Shown: positions 28,405 to 38,690, numbered from the stretch's first letter. The stretch is 64,000 nt of DNA from SAR202 cluster bacterium (GCA_013204585.1 JABMNL010000053.1:1260-65259), one strand, 5' to 3'. Notes: generated from the sequence alone by a model not told the origin. Numbers and translations are program-made.

Positions 28405-30012
28405 CTAGTGTTGATGGCCGTGGTCGTCGTGCTCTTCCTCGTGTTCCTCGGAGATTAGTATCTGGGCGGTTAGTATCATCGAGGCCACACTTGCCGCGTT
28501 CTCTAGGGCCGCGCGGGTTACCTTGGTGGGGTCAATGATGCCCTTGGCTACCATGTCTCCGTAGTCATTGGTTGCTGCGTCGTACCCGAAGTTGGCGGTG
28601 TTGTTGTTGCGTACCGTTTCCAACACCACTGCCGCTTCATGGCCCGAGTTGCTGGCGATGATTCGGATGGGCATCTCCAGTGCTTTTTTAACGATGGCTT
28701 TGCCAACGGCTTCGTTGTCCGGGAGGGTTAGTCCGTCTAAGACAGACATGGCCCGAATGTAGGCGACACCGCCGCCGGGAAGCACGCCTTCTTCGATTGC
28801 GGCCCTGGTGGCCGACAGGGCGTCTTCAACCCTGGCCTTGCGCTCCTTGAGCTCGGGTTCCGTGGGAGCGCCGACCTTCACTACGGCCACTCCGCCGGAT
28901 AGTTTGGCCAGTCGTTCTTGCAGCTTTTCTTTATCGTATTCAGACGTCGTCTCTTCAATCTGAACCTTTATCTGATCGGTGCGGCCCCTAATGGCAATGG
29001 CGTCGCCCTTGCCGTCGATGATGGTCGTGTGGTCCTTTGTGGACTCGACGCGGCGGGCCTGCCCCAGGTCTTCGACTGTTGCCTGGTCTAGACGGCGGCC
29101 AGTCTCTTCAGAAATCACCTGCGCTCCGGTGAGCACGGCGATGTCTTCCAGCATGGCCTTGCGGCGGTCACCGAAGCCAGGGGCCTTAACGGCCAGGCAG
29201 TTCAGTGTGCCTCGCAGGCGGTTGACCACCAGTACGGCCAGGGCCTCGCTGTCGATGTCTTCCCCAATGATTATTAGGTTCTTGGTTACCTGCAGTGCCT
29301 GTTCCAATAGCGGAACTAACTCGGCGGCAGCGGAAATCTTTTTGTCGGTTATCAGAATGTAGGCGTCTTCGACGACGGCTTCCATGCGCTCTGGATTGGT
29401 GACGAAATAGGGGCTTATGTAGCCCCGGTCGAAGTTCATACCCTCTACGTACTCGGTGGAGGACTCACCGCTCTTGCTCTCTTCAACGGTGACCACACCC
29501 TGGGCTCCGACCTTTTCCAATACGTCGGCCAGCATGTTGCCAATTTCGGTGTTGTTGGCAGAGATCGAGGCCACTTGGGCCATCTGGTCCCGGCCTTCGA
29601 TTTTGTTGGAAAGTTTGCCCAGTTCCGCGACGATGGCGGCGACACTCTTGTCGATGCCACGTTTAATCGCCATGGGATCCGCACCGGCTACCACGTTCTT
29701 GATACCTTCTTGGACCATTATCTGGGCCAGGATGGTAGCGGTGGTGGTGCCGTCGCCTGCGACATCGTTGGTCTTGGTGGCGGCTTCCTTCATCAATTGA
29801 GTGCCCATGTTCTCGAAGGAGTTGGGTAGGTCAACTTCTTTGGCGATGGTCACACCGTCGTTGGTGATGACCGGAGCGCCCCATTTCTTCTCTATGATAA
29901 CGTTGCGGCCCCTGGGCCCTAGGGTTAACTTCACGGCGTCGGCGACCATGTTAATTCCATGGAGCAGCGCTTGCTGGGCCGCCTCGTCCCTTAAAATATC
30001 TTTGGCAGGCAT
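28405..30012 (-). CDS. groEL: Chaperonin GroEL with His/Glu-rich tail
   Basis: [28 protein letters not shown]. Confidence 0.98.
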   Translation of the reverse strand: MPAKDILRDEAAQQALLHGINMVADAVKLTLGPRGRNVIIEKKWGAPVITNDGVTIAKEVDLPNSFENMGTQLMKEAATKTNDVAGDGTTTATILAQIMVQEGIKNVVAGADPMAIKRGIDKSVAAIVAELGKLSNKIEGRDQMAQVASISANNTEIGNMLADVLEKVGAQGVVTVEESKSGESSTEYVEGMNFDRGYISPYFVTNPERMEAVVEDAYILITDKKISAAAELVPLLEQALQVTKNLIIIGEDIDSEALAVLVVNRLRGTLNCLAVKAPGFGDRRKAMLEDIAVLTGAQVISEETGRRLDQATVEDLGQARRVESTKDHTTIIDGKGDAIAIRGRTDQIKVQIEETTSEYDKEKLQERLAKLSGGVAVVKVGAPTEPELKERKARVEDALSATRAAIEEGVLPGGGVAYIRAMSVLDGLTLPDNEAVGKAIVKKALEMPIRIIASNSGHEAAVVLETVRNNNTANFGYDAATNDYGDMVAKGIIDPTKVTRAALENAASVASMILTAQILISEEHEEEHDDHGHQH

Positions 30013-30058
30013 TCCTTTCTCCTCAATATGTTCCGGGAAAATCCCGAATGGTTGCTCG

Positions 30059-30114
30059 TGTGGTTTCTGTGGTTTCTGTGGTTTCTGTGGTTTCTGTGGT
30101 TTCTAATGTGGTTT
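30059..30114. repeat. Tandem repeat (TGTGGTTTC)x5 plus partial copy, groES-groEL spacer
   Basis: Directly visible. Confidence 0.95.
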
Positions 30115-30123
30115 TTAAATTCT

Positions 30124-30435
30124 CTAAGAGATAACGGCGAGGATATCGTTGGACCCCAAGAAGAGCAGTTCCTCGTCTTCGACCCCAATCTCGGTGCCGG
30201 CGTATTTGGAGTAAATCACAATGTCGCCAGCCTTAACTTCCATTTCTACAAGCTTGCCGTTGGGCAGTACGCGGCCCGGTCCAGTTGCTACCACTTCACC
30301 TTGCTGGGGGCGTTCTTGGGCAGTATCGGGCAGGAATATCCCGCCTTTGGTAACACCCTCCTGATTGCTGGGGCGGACGATGACCCGGTCTCCCATGGGT
30401 TTCAGGTCGGTTGCCGATTTGGCGCTGGTGGTCAT
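30124..30435 (-). CDS. groES: Co-chaperonin GroES
   Basis: LKPMGDRVIV, GGIFLPDTAQERPQQG, YSKYAGTE. Confidence 0.98.
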   Translation of the reverse strand: MTTSAKSATDLKPMGDRVIVRPSNQEGVTKGGIFLPDTAQERPQQGEVVATGPGRVLPNGKLVEMEVKAGDIVIYSKYAGTEIGVEDEELLFLGSNDILAVIS

Positions 30436-30632
30436 TGTGGCCTCTTTAGTTAGTTTGTCCCGACGAGTTATTCGTCCGGGTTTTTTAACCCGACCGGAAT
30501 TTCGCCAAGATAAGGATAGAACCGGGCCTGCAAACGGTCAAGTTATGCTTGGTCATTGGCCCATGTTTGGGTACCGGATACCTGGTTCAAATAGCTGGAT
30601 ATCACCGTCCAAACGCATGCTAGACTTCACCG

Positions 30633-31820
30633 ATGTCATTCACTGCTGACCTGCACCTTCATTCCCGCTACGCCTATGCCTGTAGCAAGAATCTAACCCT
30701 GGCAAATATTGCGGCCTGGGCCAAGATTAAAGGTATAGACCTGCTGTCTACCGCCGATTTCACCCATCCTGCGTGGCTGGCCGAGTTGGAAGGCAACCTT
30801 ACGCAGACGGCCGAAGGCGATTTCGAATTTGATGGCGTCAGATTCGTCCTGGGCACTGAACTTAGCTGTGTGTATAAACAGGGGGGTCGCTCCCGCCGGG
30901 TGCACCTGTTGGTTTTCGCTCCTGATTTAGAAAGTGTCCGCGGAATTAGGGAGATGCTCAGCGGGCTAAACGCCAAGTTGAACGGTGATGGCAGGCCCAC
31001 GATTGGCGTATCGGCCAGGGATCTGACGGCACGGTTATTGGACATCAACGCGGATTGTTTGGTGGTGCCAGCCCATATTTGGACTCCCTGGTATGGAATG
31101 CTTGGCTCGAAGTCGGGGTTTGACTCGTTAGATGAATGCTTTGAGGATATGACTCCGCACATTCCTGCTGTCGAGACCGGGCTTTCCAGCGACCCGGAGA
31201 TGAACTGGCGAGTGCCGGCCCTGGCTGGGAAATCCATTGTGTCTTTCTCCGACGCCCATTCCTTGCCCAACTTGGGCCGAGAACTGACGGAGTTTTCGGG
31301 GACGCCAGGCTACCAAGACCTTGCAGCGGGACTGAACGAAAACCGGGTGGAACGGACCATCGAGTTCTTCCCGGAAGAAGGGAAATACCACCTCAACGGC
31401 CACCGGAAATGTGGTGTGAGCCAATCTCCAGACGAGACTACTCAGGCCGGAACGAGGTGCCCTGAATGCGGGCGGCCCCTGACCCTGGGAGTTCTCCACC
31501 GGGTGCGGGACCTGTCTGGGGATGGCCAAACGGTTGATGAAGCGGCGCGTCGGCCATACGACAGATTGGTCCCGTTGGTGGAATTGCTGTCGCAGACCTT
31601 GGGCAAAGGTCGGGCGACCAAGTCGGTGGCTACTGCTTACCACCATATATGCAGTGAACTGGGCGGAGAAATCCAGGTCCTGACCGAGGCCCCTTTTGAC
31701 GACCTTGAGAGGGTCGGCGGCCAGGCTTTGGCAGTAGCAGTTACCAAAGTTAGGGCCGGACAGGTTGAGATGGTTCCCGGTTTTGACGGCCAGTACGGGA
31801 CGGTTCGCCCAGCCGACTAG
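30633..31820 (+). CDS. Endonuclease Q family PHP-domain protein
   Basis: ADLHLHSRY, DFTHP, AHIWTPW, ETGLSSDP, SDAHS, GKYH..GHRKC, CPECG. Confidence 0.85.
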   Translation: MSFTADLHLHSRYAYACSKNLTLANIAAWAKIKGIDLLSTADFTHPAWLAELEGNLTQTAEGDFEFDGVRFVLGTELSCVYKQGGRSRRVHLLVFAPDLESVRGIREMLSGLNAKLNGDGRPTIGVSARDLTARLLDINADCLVVPAHIWTPWYGMLGSKSGFDSLDECFEDMTPHIPAVETGLSSDPEMNWRVPALAGKSIVSFSDAHSLPNLGRELTEFSGTPGYQDLAAGLNENRVERTIEFFPEEGKYHLNGHRKCGVSQSPDETTQAGTRCPECGRPLTLGVLHRVRDLSGDGQTVDEAARRPYDRLVPLVELLSQTLGKGRATKSVATAYHHICSELGGEIQVLTEAPFDDLERVGGQALAVAVTKVRAGQVEMVPGFDGQYGTVRPAD

Positions 31821-32017
31821 CAAATCTTCGCTTGCCCGACTTCAGATTTTATCAATCAAATGGATTAGCTGTAACTAACAAATGGATTAGCGGTAACTAA
31901 ACGGGCCATGGCTACCGAGCCTGCAAGTTATGTTAAAATTTGCCTTGCCAGGCTGGATTTAGCCAGGCGTTGATTGCGTTAAACAAAAAAATTATTCAAG
32001 CTAGCAGCAGGGTCCAA

Positions 32018-32707
32018 TTGCAACAACCGTTACCCGTATCGGTGCGGCGGCTTCAGTCCGAGGATATCGACCAAGTCGTCGCCATCGAAAAAGAAGCATT
32101 TTCCCCCCTTTGGGTTAGCTCGCCTTTCAGGCGCGATCAAAATAATAATCGCGCCTGCTATTTGGTGGCATGTTTCGACGAAGAAATCTCGCCGGAAGAG
32201 ATATTGGCTGAAAACGACCTAGACCAACAAGCCGAATTGGATAACGAGCGGCCCCCGAATCTTTGGTCTCGGGTGGCGGGGCGTCTTGGTTTTTCTTCTA
32301 ATAACGGCGAGACCGGAAGCGCCGACGAGGCATTCAACATAGCGGGATACGTCAGCGTTTGGTACCAAGGGGAAGAAGCTCACATCACTGAGATTGCCGT
32401 CAAAGAAACGTTGCGCGGTCGCGGCGTCGGGGAACTTTTGCTAATCGGCTCGCTCAAGGCAGCCATCGAATATGGCTCGAAAGTGATGACACTGGAGGCT
32501 AGAGTCTCCAACTTTATCGCCCACCGTATGTACCAGAAATACAGCTTTAAGTCGGTTGGCATTCGCAAGGCCTACTACTCCGACAACCGTGAAGACGCCG
32601 TAATAATGACTACCAGTCCCATCGACACCGAAGAATACCAAGGGTTGTTTACCGAGTTGCAGTCGACTTACAAGTCCCGTTGGGGACGGATGGATATCGA
32701 GTGCTGA
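32018..32707 (+). CDS. rimI: Ribosomal-protein-alanine N-acetyltransferase with long acidic insertion
   Basis: EAHITEIAV, LEARVSN, RKAYYSDNREDAVIM; TTG start uncertain. Confidence 0.88.
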   Translation: MQQPLPVSVRRLQSEDIDQVVAIEKEAFSPLWVSSPFRRDQNNNRACYLVACFDEEISPEEILAENDLDQQAELDNERPPNLWSRVAGRLGFSSNNGETGSADEAFNIAGYVSVWYQGEEAHITEIAVKETLRGRGVGELLLIGSLKAAIEYGSKVMTLEARVSNFIAHRMYQKYSFKSVGIRKAYYSDNREDAVIMTTSPIDTEEYQGLFTELQSTYKSRWGRMDIEC

Positions 32708-32769
32708 GAGCCAAAACCGGATCCAGTGGCGTTATAATTGACATAACTGAAAAAATCCAAGGGTGCCAA

Positions 32770-32948
32770 GGGTGCCAAGGGTGTTGGCAGCCCGGTACGA
32801 CGGGGCGAACCGTACTGACCAGCAGGTAATAAATACGGCGGTATTTTGATGGGTAACCGTAGCCAATCAAGTTGACCAGCCGCAGTCGCGTTGTTAGAAT
32901 GGCTCCGGCGTAACCCAGGCGTATGGGAGCCTGTTCAATCGGTATCCC
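32770..32948 (+). ncRNA. ssrS: Probable 6S RNA
   Basis: About 180 nt that fold by hand into a rod: TTG-GCAG-CCC-GTACG pairs with CGTAT-GGG-CTGT-CAA, GGG-GCG with CGT-CCC, a 13x13 nt central bubble, then CGGC-GGT-TTGAT with ATCAA-ACC-GCCG. TATAAT lies at 32733. Confidence 0.7.
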
Positions 32949-32983
32949 AAACAGTATCCGGAAACAGGCAAGATTTACGAACA

Positions 32984-33595
32984 ATGTTGGTAATAGGGTT
33001 AACGGGCAGCATTGGCACCGGGAAGAGCGAAGCTGCCCGACAATTGGAGGCGCTTGGAGCCTCGATTATTAGCGCCGACCAGGTGGGCCACGAGGCCTAC
33101 ACCCCCAACACAGAGGCTTGGGAGCAGGTTGTAGCCGCCTTTGGCGACGAGATTCTGCAAGAAGACAAAGAGATAGACCGGCGCAAATTAGGCGCCATCG
33201 TGTTTTCTGCCCCCAGCCAATTGGAAAAATTAAATCAGATAATGCATCCGCGAATGGCGCGGATGGTTTCAGAAAAGATTGAGACCCTACGCAGCCAAGG
33301 GGTTGACGTTGTGGTGGTAGAAGCGGCCCTGCTCTTTGAGGCCGGATGGGACACCTTGGTGGAAGAAGTGTGGGTCACCGATTCCTCGGAAGAAGTGGTC
33401 ATCGAACGGCTCAAGAAGCGCAACGGTTTATCCGAAGAGGAAGCACGCAAACGAATTTCCTCCCAGATGGGCCGGAACGAGCGGATAGAAAAATCGGACT
33501 TCGTCATAGACAACTCAGGGGATGTAGCCGGACTGGAAGGCGCCATCAAAGAGTTGTGGGACACCAGAGTTGAAGGAAGGATCGGGAAAACATAA
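32984..33595 (+). CDS. coaE: Dephospho-CoA kinase
   Basis: IGLTGSIGTGKS, IDRRKLGAIVF, LNQIMHP, EAALLFE. Confidence 0.95.
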   Translation: MLVIGLTGSIGTGKSEAARQLEALGASIISADQVGHEAYTPNTEAWEQVVAAFGDEILQEDKEIDRRKLGAIVFSAPSQLEKLNQIMHPRMARMVSEKIETLRSQGVDVVVVEAALLFEAGWDTLVEEVWVTDSSEEVVIERLKKRNGLSEEEARKRISSQMGRNERIEKSDFVIDNSGDVAGLEGAIKELWDTRVEGRIGKT

Positions 33596-34482
33596 TGGTT
33601 GAAGCAGCAAAGAAACACTACACCGAGTACGCAATTGAGGAGTTCCTCGTTAGGGACGAACCTTATTACCGGCCGGTAGGCGACGAAATCGAGCTGTTTA
33701 CCGCTGCGTACCGTCAGCACATTCCGGTGCTGTTGAAAGGTCCGACCGGTTGCGGCAAGACCAGGTTCGTCGAGTACATGGCTTGGCAGTTGGGCCGTCC
33801 CATGGCGACGGTCAAGGAACAGAACGAAGGAAAAGAAGGCGAGGTGCGCGTTCCATTGGTCACCATCGCCTGCCACGAAGACCTCACCGCCAGCGACCTG
33901 GTGGGCCGGTACCTGCTGGATGCCAATGGCACCCGCTGGATAGACGGACCAATGACCAGGGCCGTTAAAGCCGGAGCGATTCTTTACCTGGATGAGGTTG
34001 TTGAAGCCCGGAAAGATACAACGGTGCTGATTCACCCGTTGACCGACCACCGGCGTGTCTTGCCCGTGGAGAAGACCGGAACCATTATCGAAGCGGACGA
34101 CCGGTTCCTGCTGTGTGTCTCTTACAACCCTGGGTATCAGAGTGCGTTAAAGGACTTGAAACACAGCACCCGCCAGCGTTTCATCTCCATTGAGTTCTAC
34201 TATCCGCCCGCTGACATCGAGACTGAGATTATCGAGCGGGAGAGCGGCTGCACCAAAGAGCAAGCCGACGCCCTAGCTAAGCTGGGTGAGAAGATACGCA
34301 ATCTGGAAGACCACGGTCTGCAAGAGGGTGCCAGCACCCGCCTGCTGATTTACGCCGGGCGTTTGATGGCTGAAGGTATCCAGCCGCGCCGCGCCGCTCA
34401 GGTAGCCATTGTCTGGACGCTGACCGACGACCCAGAACTGCAACGCAGTATTCAGGAAGTTTCGTCCTCCATCTTCGAATAA
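33595..34482 (+). CDS. CbbQ/NirQ/NorQ family MoxR AAA+ ATPase
   Basis: EPYYRP, KGPTGCGKTRFVEYM, YLDEVVEARKD, HPLTDHRR, SYNPGYQ, GASTRLL. Confidence 0.93.
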   Translation: MVEAAKKHYTEYAIEEFLVRDEPYYRPVGDEIELFTAAYRQHIPVLLKGPTGCGKTRFVEYMAWQLGRPMATVKEQNEGKEGEVRVPLVTIACHEDLTASDLVGRYLLDANGTRWIDGPMTRAVKAGAILYLDEVVEARKDTTVLIHPLTDHRRVLPVEKTGTIIEADDRFLLCVSYNPGYQSALKDLKHSTRQRFISIEFYYPPADIETEIIERESGCTKEQADALAKLGEKIRNLEDHGLQEGASTRLLIYAGRLMAEGIQPRRAAQVAIVWTLTDDPELQRSIQEVSSSIFE

Positions 34483-34503
34483 CGGCTTAGGGTAGAGGAC
34501 TAC

Positions 34504-35100
34504 ATGGGTCAGACACCGCCGGAGCTAATGAAACGGGCCCTGGCGGATTGCGTCTTGGAAAGGATTGACGGCACTGGATTAACGCCTGCTGCCGTCATGA
34601 TTCTTATGTACCCCAAGGACGGCGAATACTGTATTCTGTTGAACAAGCGGTCCGAGCAGGTCGAGCACCATAAGGGGGAGATATCTTTTCCCGGCGGCGC
34701 TAGAGACCCAGAAGACCGCGACTCATTGGATACCGCGCTCCGTGAGACCGAAGAAGAAATGGGCATTATGCGGGGCGATATCACCGTTCTCGGCGAGATG
34801 GACGAAATCACCACCCGCAGCCGATTCCGAGTAAATGTGTTCGCAGGTACCATCGAATATCCCTACAAATTCACCCCCAGCGCCGTAGAAATCGCTGCGG
34901 TACTGGAATTCCCGATTACCGCGTTGTTGGATCCGGTCAATCGTCGGCTTGAAACACGTTGGGAAAACGGGCAAACAGTGACCGCCTTTTCCTATGTCCA
35001 CGAAGAACATATCGTCTTCGGGGCTACTGCCAGAATTCTCCAGAGTTGCATCGAAATCTTAGATGACGGACTGGAAAGCGAGGGACGCCAAGTTGACTAG
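34504..35100 (+). CDS. CoA pyrophosphatase (NudL/PCD1-type Nudix)
   Basis: KRSEQVEHHKGEISFPGG motif, ALRETEEEMG, VFGATARIL. Confidence 0.88.
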   Translation: MGQTPPELMKRALADCVLERIDGTGLTPAAVMILMYPKDGEYCILLNKRSEQVEHHKGEISFPGGARDPEDRDSLDTALRETEEEMGIMRGDITVLGEMDEITTRSRFRVNVFAGTIEYPYKFTPSAVEIAAVLEFPITALLDPVNRRLETRWENGQTVTAFSYVHEEHIVFGATARILQSCIEILDDGLESEGRQVD

Positions 35101-38100
35101 TGGTCCTATACCCGAGATAGAAATTGAGCTGGCGAAACTGCCACCGGCAGTTCTTGAGGCTTACCGTGCGGCCAGCGATGCGGTAAAAGAGTCATTTGGC
35201 GAAGATGAGATTGGGCTCTGGGCCAAAGAGGGCTTAACCATTGGCACCCAGACGGTACGTTCTTGGGAATCGGCCATCGAATACTATGCCGTTAGTCCCG
35301 AGGTCAGTAAGTTTCTGTCCTTTCCTTCGTTCATGCAGTGGGCGCGCTGTGGCACCTACTTGGCCCAGGACTCGCCCACGCTGGCAGTGGCCTTCTTCAA
35401 GTCCAGCGTCTCAATAGTCCCCAACCTTCGGCCCCAGTACATCCCGCGTTGGGCGGGCCTAGGCCGAAGTTTGTACAAGGGCACCTGGAAGTCCAGCACT
35501 CTGGCTGCCAAGTTCTTCGAGGTCAGCCCGGACCTGGTCCGGAACCTGCCCTTTTGGGATGTTGAGGTCTTCGCTTCGTTGATTGAGGCGCTTTCCTACA
35601 AGTCCTATGACGTGGCTGGTGAGTGTCTGATTCTAGGCCGCGATGTCCTGCCTGGCATGGGCCGGGAACGGGAGCCTTTCTTGGCGATGGCCCGGGCTTT
35701 GATTGACACCAGTTGGCGCGAGGTTAAGACGTGCTTGGAACTGGTGCCGCGTGCCCTACAGCAGGTTGATGAGAGCCAAACTGGACGCTTCCTAAAGCTG
35801 GGCGAACGCCTGGCCAAGGTCGGCCTTCGCGACACCTCACGGTTCCTGGCCGACGGCACTCAAGCTCTTAGCAAAGTGCCCCAGGGTTCGCAAGGGTATA
35901 TTTTGGATTTATGCGACGCTCTGGTGGTGGTTACCCCAGACGCCGTTCCACCATTTCTACGGAGCTTGGATGACGTACTGAACCGGATTACGGTCAGTCA
36001 GCTGGACACTTGGTTCCAGCACGGGGCCAAGTTACTGCAAGAGAACCCTGAAAGCGGTATCGCTTTCTTCAAGATAGAGTCCAACACCTCCGAGGCCATG
36101 CTGGAGACTCTGTCTTCCAGTCTGGAGTTGGATCGTGTGAAGGGCATACTTCGTCTGTATTGCCGAGCGCTGTCTGGCACCCCGCTAGAGATATTCGACA
36201 CCCAAGAATTGGTCCAACGAAACATTGGTTGGGTAGATGAAGACACGGCGTCCACCGACGGCAGCAGGGTATTTCTGCCCCCGGTGGTGGACCACTACAA
36301 CAACAAACAAGACAACTTCTCCTGGTTCAAGGTGGTTTCCACTCACCAGGTAGCTCACTTGGAATTTGGTAGTTTCGAGTACCAATTTGAGGAGCCGGCC
36401 ACCCAGTTTGAAGACCGCCGTCACGAAGCCGAACAACTGATGCTCGAACGCAAAAAGGTAGAGCGTTCAGCAGCCCAAGAGGCCCACGAATTGGCGGCCC
36501 AACTCTTGGCTTCGGGTGCAGAGGGCGACGTCGATATGTCGCTCGGATATTCCGACCCCAATGCCCCTGGTCTGAGGAACTACACAGACATTGGTCGGCT
36601 GTTGGAAATTTTCGAGGATGGCCGCCTGGCTTTCGACATCTTCACCGTCTTGGAGGACTGCCGCCTAGACTACCGGATAAAGGTGGAATACCCAGGTATT
36701 CGTTCGGCCTCGTCACGCGTTCAGTCCGAGACCCTCGAAAAACGGCCCAATATCACGGAGATGCCACTGCAACAGGGCATGGTGGAATTGCTAATCCACA
36801 TGAGCTTGGACCAGTTCCAAGACCTCCCGGTGGCCAAGGAATACCACGAATCCGCAGAGATGCTCTCCAGCATTCTCCATAAGCTTCGTGACGCCGAAGC
36901 CAATGTTGAGGACACCGGTGAGGCCACGCTTCGGGCCTACGAAATCATCTCCCGCATTCCCAATCAACTGGAAGAGGAAGAAGAATTCGAAGACCAAGAC
37001 CTGGAAGAACCGGGTGATTTCTCTGAAGAGGACTTCCAGACCCTGGTTGACCAACTGCAGGCCGGGATGGATGCTTCGTCCGATGGTGACGGTGATGGGG
37101 AGTCATACGAGTCTCCCGACCCGGTTGACTACCGTGGCGACTTCAAGCCCGAGATGGTCCAATTGATGACCAAGCTGCAGGCTGATGACGGCGAACAGGG
37201 CGACGCCCAGCCAATGACTCAAGAGATGCTGGAGCAACTGCTTCAGGAAAGCTCCGAATTAGACTTGGACGCAGAACAAGGCGAAGTGGACAGCGACATG
37301 AGCACGTTCGCCCAGAACATCATGAAAGAAGCTGGCGCTCCGCCGCCCAACTCCCAACCGGGGGAGGGTTACGGCCCATTGCTGCACGACGATGACAGCG
37401 GCGGTGAGCTGGAAGCCAGAGAGCCTGCGACCTACGTATATGACGAGTGGGACTTCCGCGCCAACGACTACAAGCCCCGTTGGTGCATCGTTAAAGAGAA
37501 AGTTGTGGAAGAGGGTGACGCCACCTTCTACCAGGAAACACTCAAGACTTATTCTGCGCTGTCCAATCACATCCGCCGCCAGTTCGAGCTAATCATGCCA
37601 GAGAGCATGCGCAAGACCTACCGGCTGGTGGACGGCGAAGACATTGACCTGAATGCAGCCCTGGAAGCCTGGACCGACCTGAAAATGGGCGTTCCGCCTG
37701 ACGAAAAGATTTATTGGCACCGGAACCGGAACCGCCGGGACGTGGCCGTGGTTTTCCTATTGGACATGAGCGCTTCCACCGCTGAGGCCATTGACGAAGG
37801 TCGGCAGATGGTGGACGACCGGGACGCCCCCGACGACCCGGTGGAGTACATGGTCTGGCTGCGTCGCCGCCGGGAAGGGCTGGTGCGCCGCAACTACAAG
37901 CGGATTATTGACCTGGAGAAAGAGGGCACGACACTGTTGATTAACGCCCTCGAGTCCATTGGCGATACCTACGGAATCTACGGCTTCTCCGGTTATGGCC
38001 GCGAGAACGTCGAGTTCTATGTCATCAAAGACATCAATGAGGCCTTTGGCGACAAAATCAAGCGGCGGATTGATAAGATTACCCCGCTGCATGCAACACG

Positions 38101-38431
38101 TATGGGTGCTGCTATTCGCCATGCCGCCACAAAGCTGGACAATCAGGAAGCCAACACTAAAATCATGTTCCTGATTAGCGACGGACGGCCTCAGGACCGG
38201 GGTTACAGCCGTGAGGGCGTGGAGAAGGAATACGCTGTCCACGATACCCACATGGCTTTGGTGGAAGCCCGCCGCAAGCAAATCATCCCGTTCTGCCTCA
38301 CGGTAGACAAATCGGGTCACGATTACCTGAAGAGCATGTGCGGAGACATGGGTTACGAGGTGTTGGCGGACATCTTCTCCCTACCGGAGCGGCTACCCAT
38401 GCTGTACCGGCAGCTCACCACCATACGCTAG
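35093..38431 (+). CDS. Large CbbO/NorD family VWA adaptor with N-terminal helical repeats
   Basis: YDEWDFR, MIDAS DMSAST, TRMGAAIRHA, SDGRPQD, C-terminal LPERLPMLYRQLT. Confidence 0.9.
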   Translation: MTSGPIPEIEIELAKLPPAVLEAYRAASDAVKESFGEDEIGLWAKEGLTIGTQTVRSWESAIEYYAVSPEVSKFLSFPSFMQWARCGTYLAQDSPTLAVAFFKSSVSIVPNLRPQYIPRWAGLGRSLYKGTWKSSTLAAKFFEVSPDLVRNLPFWDVEVFASLIEALSYKSYDVAGECLILGRDVLPGMGREREPFLAMARALIDTSWREVKTCLELVPRALQQVDESQTGRFLKLGERLAKVGLRDTSRFLADGTQALSKVPQGSQGYILDLCDALVVVTPDAVPPFLRSLDDVLNRITVSQLDTWFQHGAKLLQENPESGIAFFKIESNTSEAMLETLSSSLELDRVKGILRLYCRALSGTPLEIFDTQELVQRNIGWVDEDTASTDGSRVFLPPVVDHYNNKQDNFSWFKVVSTHQVAHLEFGSFEYQFEEPATQFEDRRHEAEQLMLERKKVERSAAQEAHELAAQLLASGAEGDVDMSLGYSDPNAPGLRNYTDIGRLLEIFEDGRLAFDIFTVLEDCRLDYRIKVEYPGIRSASSRVQSETLEKRPNITEMPLQQGMVELLIHMSLDQFQDLPVAKEYHESAEMLSSILHKLRDAEANVEDTGEATLRAYEIISRIPNQLEEEEEFEDQDLEEPGDFSEEDFQTLVDQLQAGMDASSDGDGDGESYESPDPVDYRGDFKPEMVQLMTKLQADDGEQGDAQPMTQEMLEQLLQESSELDLDAEQGEVDSDMSTFAQNIMKEAGAPPPNSQPGEGYGPLLHDDDSGGELEAREPATYVYDEWDFRANDYKPRWCIVKEKVVEEGDATFYQETLKTYSALSNHIRRQFELIMPESMRKTYRLVDGEDIDLNAALEAWTDLKMGVPPDEKIYWHRNRNRRDVAVVFLLDMSASTAEAIDEGRQMVDDRDAPDDPVEYMVWLRRRREGLVRRNYKRIIDLEKEGTTLLINALESIGDTYGIYGFSGYGRENVEFYVIKDINEAFGDKIKRRIDKITPLHATRMGAAIRHAATKLDNQEANTKIMFLISDGRPQDRGYSREGVEKEYAVHDTHMALVEARRKQIIPFCLTVDKSGHDYLKSMCGDMGYEVLADIFSLPERLPMLYRQLTTIR

Positions 38432-38449
38432 GCACCACAGTCAGCAAAC

Positions 38450-38487
38450 AAAAAAGAGGGCATCTGGAAACAGGTGCCCTCTTTTTT
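38450..38487. terminator. Intrinsic terminator after VWA gene
   Basis: aaaaaagagggcatctg-gaaa-caggtgccctctttttt. Confidence 0.9.
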
Positions 38488-38509
38488 ATATCAGCGCAAC
38501 AGCCGCATC

Positions 38510-38690
38510 TGTCATTCCAGCGAAACACGGAATCCAGATTCGCTTCATCAGGCAAGCATCATCCCATCTAACCACCCTGGATTCCAGCTTTCGCTGGGCC
38601 AACGACTTAGTTATTCTTGGTGAAGCCTCTTAGCTGGTCGAAGTCAGACTCCAAGTTCGTCCTTCGACGGGCTCACCATGAGCGGACCAC
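38510..38690. repeat. Two degenerate intergenic palindromic repeats
   Basis: ccagcgaaa..ggaatccag / ctggattcc..tttcgctgg (38510-38600) and gtcgaag / cttcgac (38633-38675). Confidence 0.6.

Noticed and set aside
30028-30453. ORF with WFL repeats and antisense RNH repeats; CRISPR-like array
   Set aside because: A translation artefact of a 9-bp tandem repeat with no spacers, overlapping groES
32770-32948. tmRNA, SRP RNA, RNase P or tRNA-Sec
   Set aside because: Their signature motifs are missing; a rod-with-bubble fold fits 6S better
32891-32983. N-terminal extension of CoaE
   Set aside because: It overlaps the 3' arm of the structured RNA; CoaE homology begins at ATG 32984
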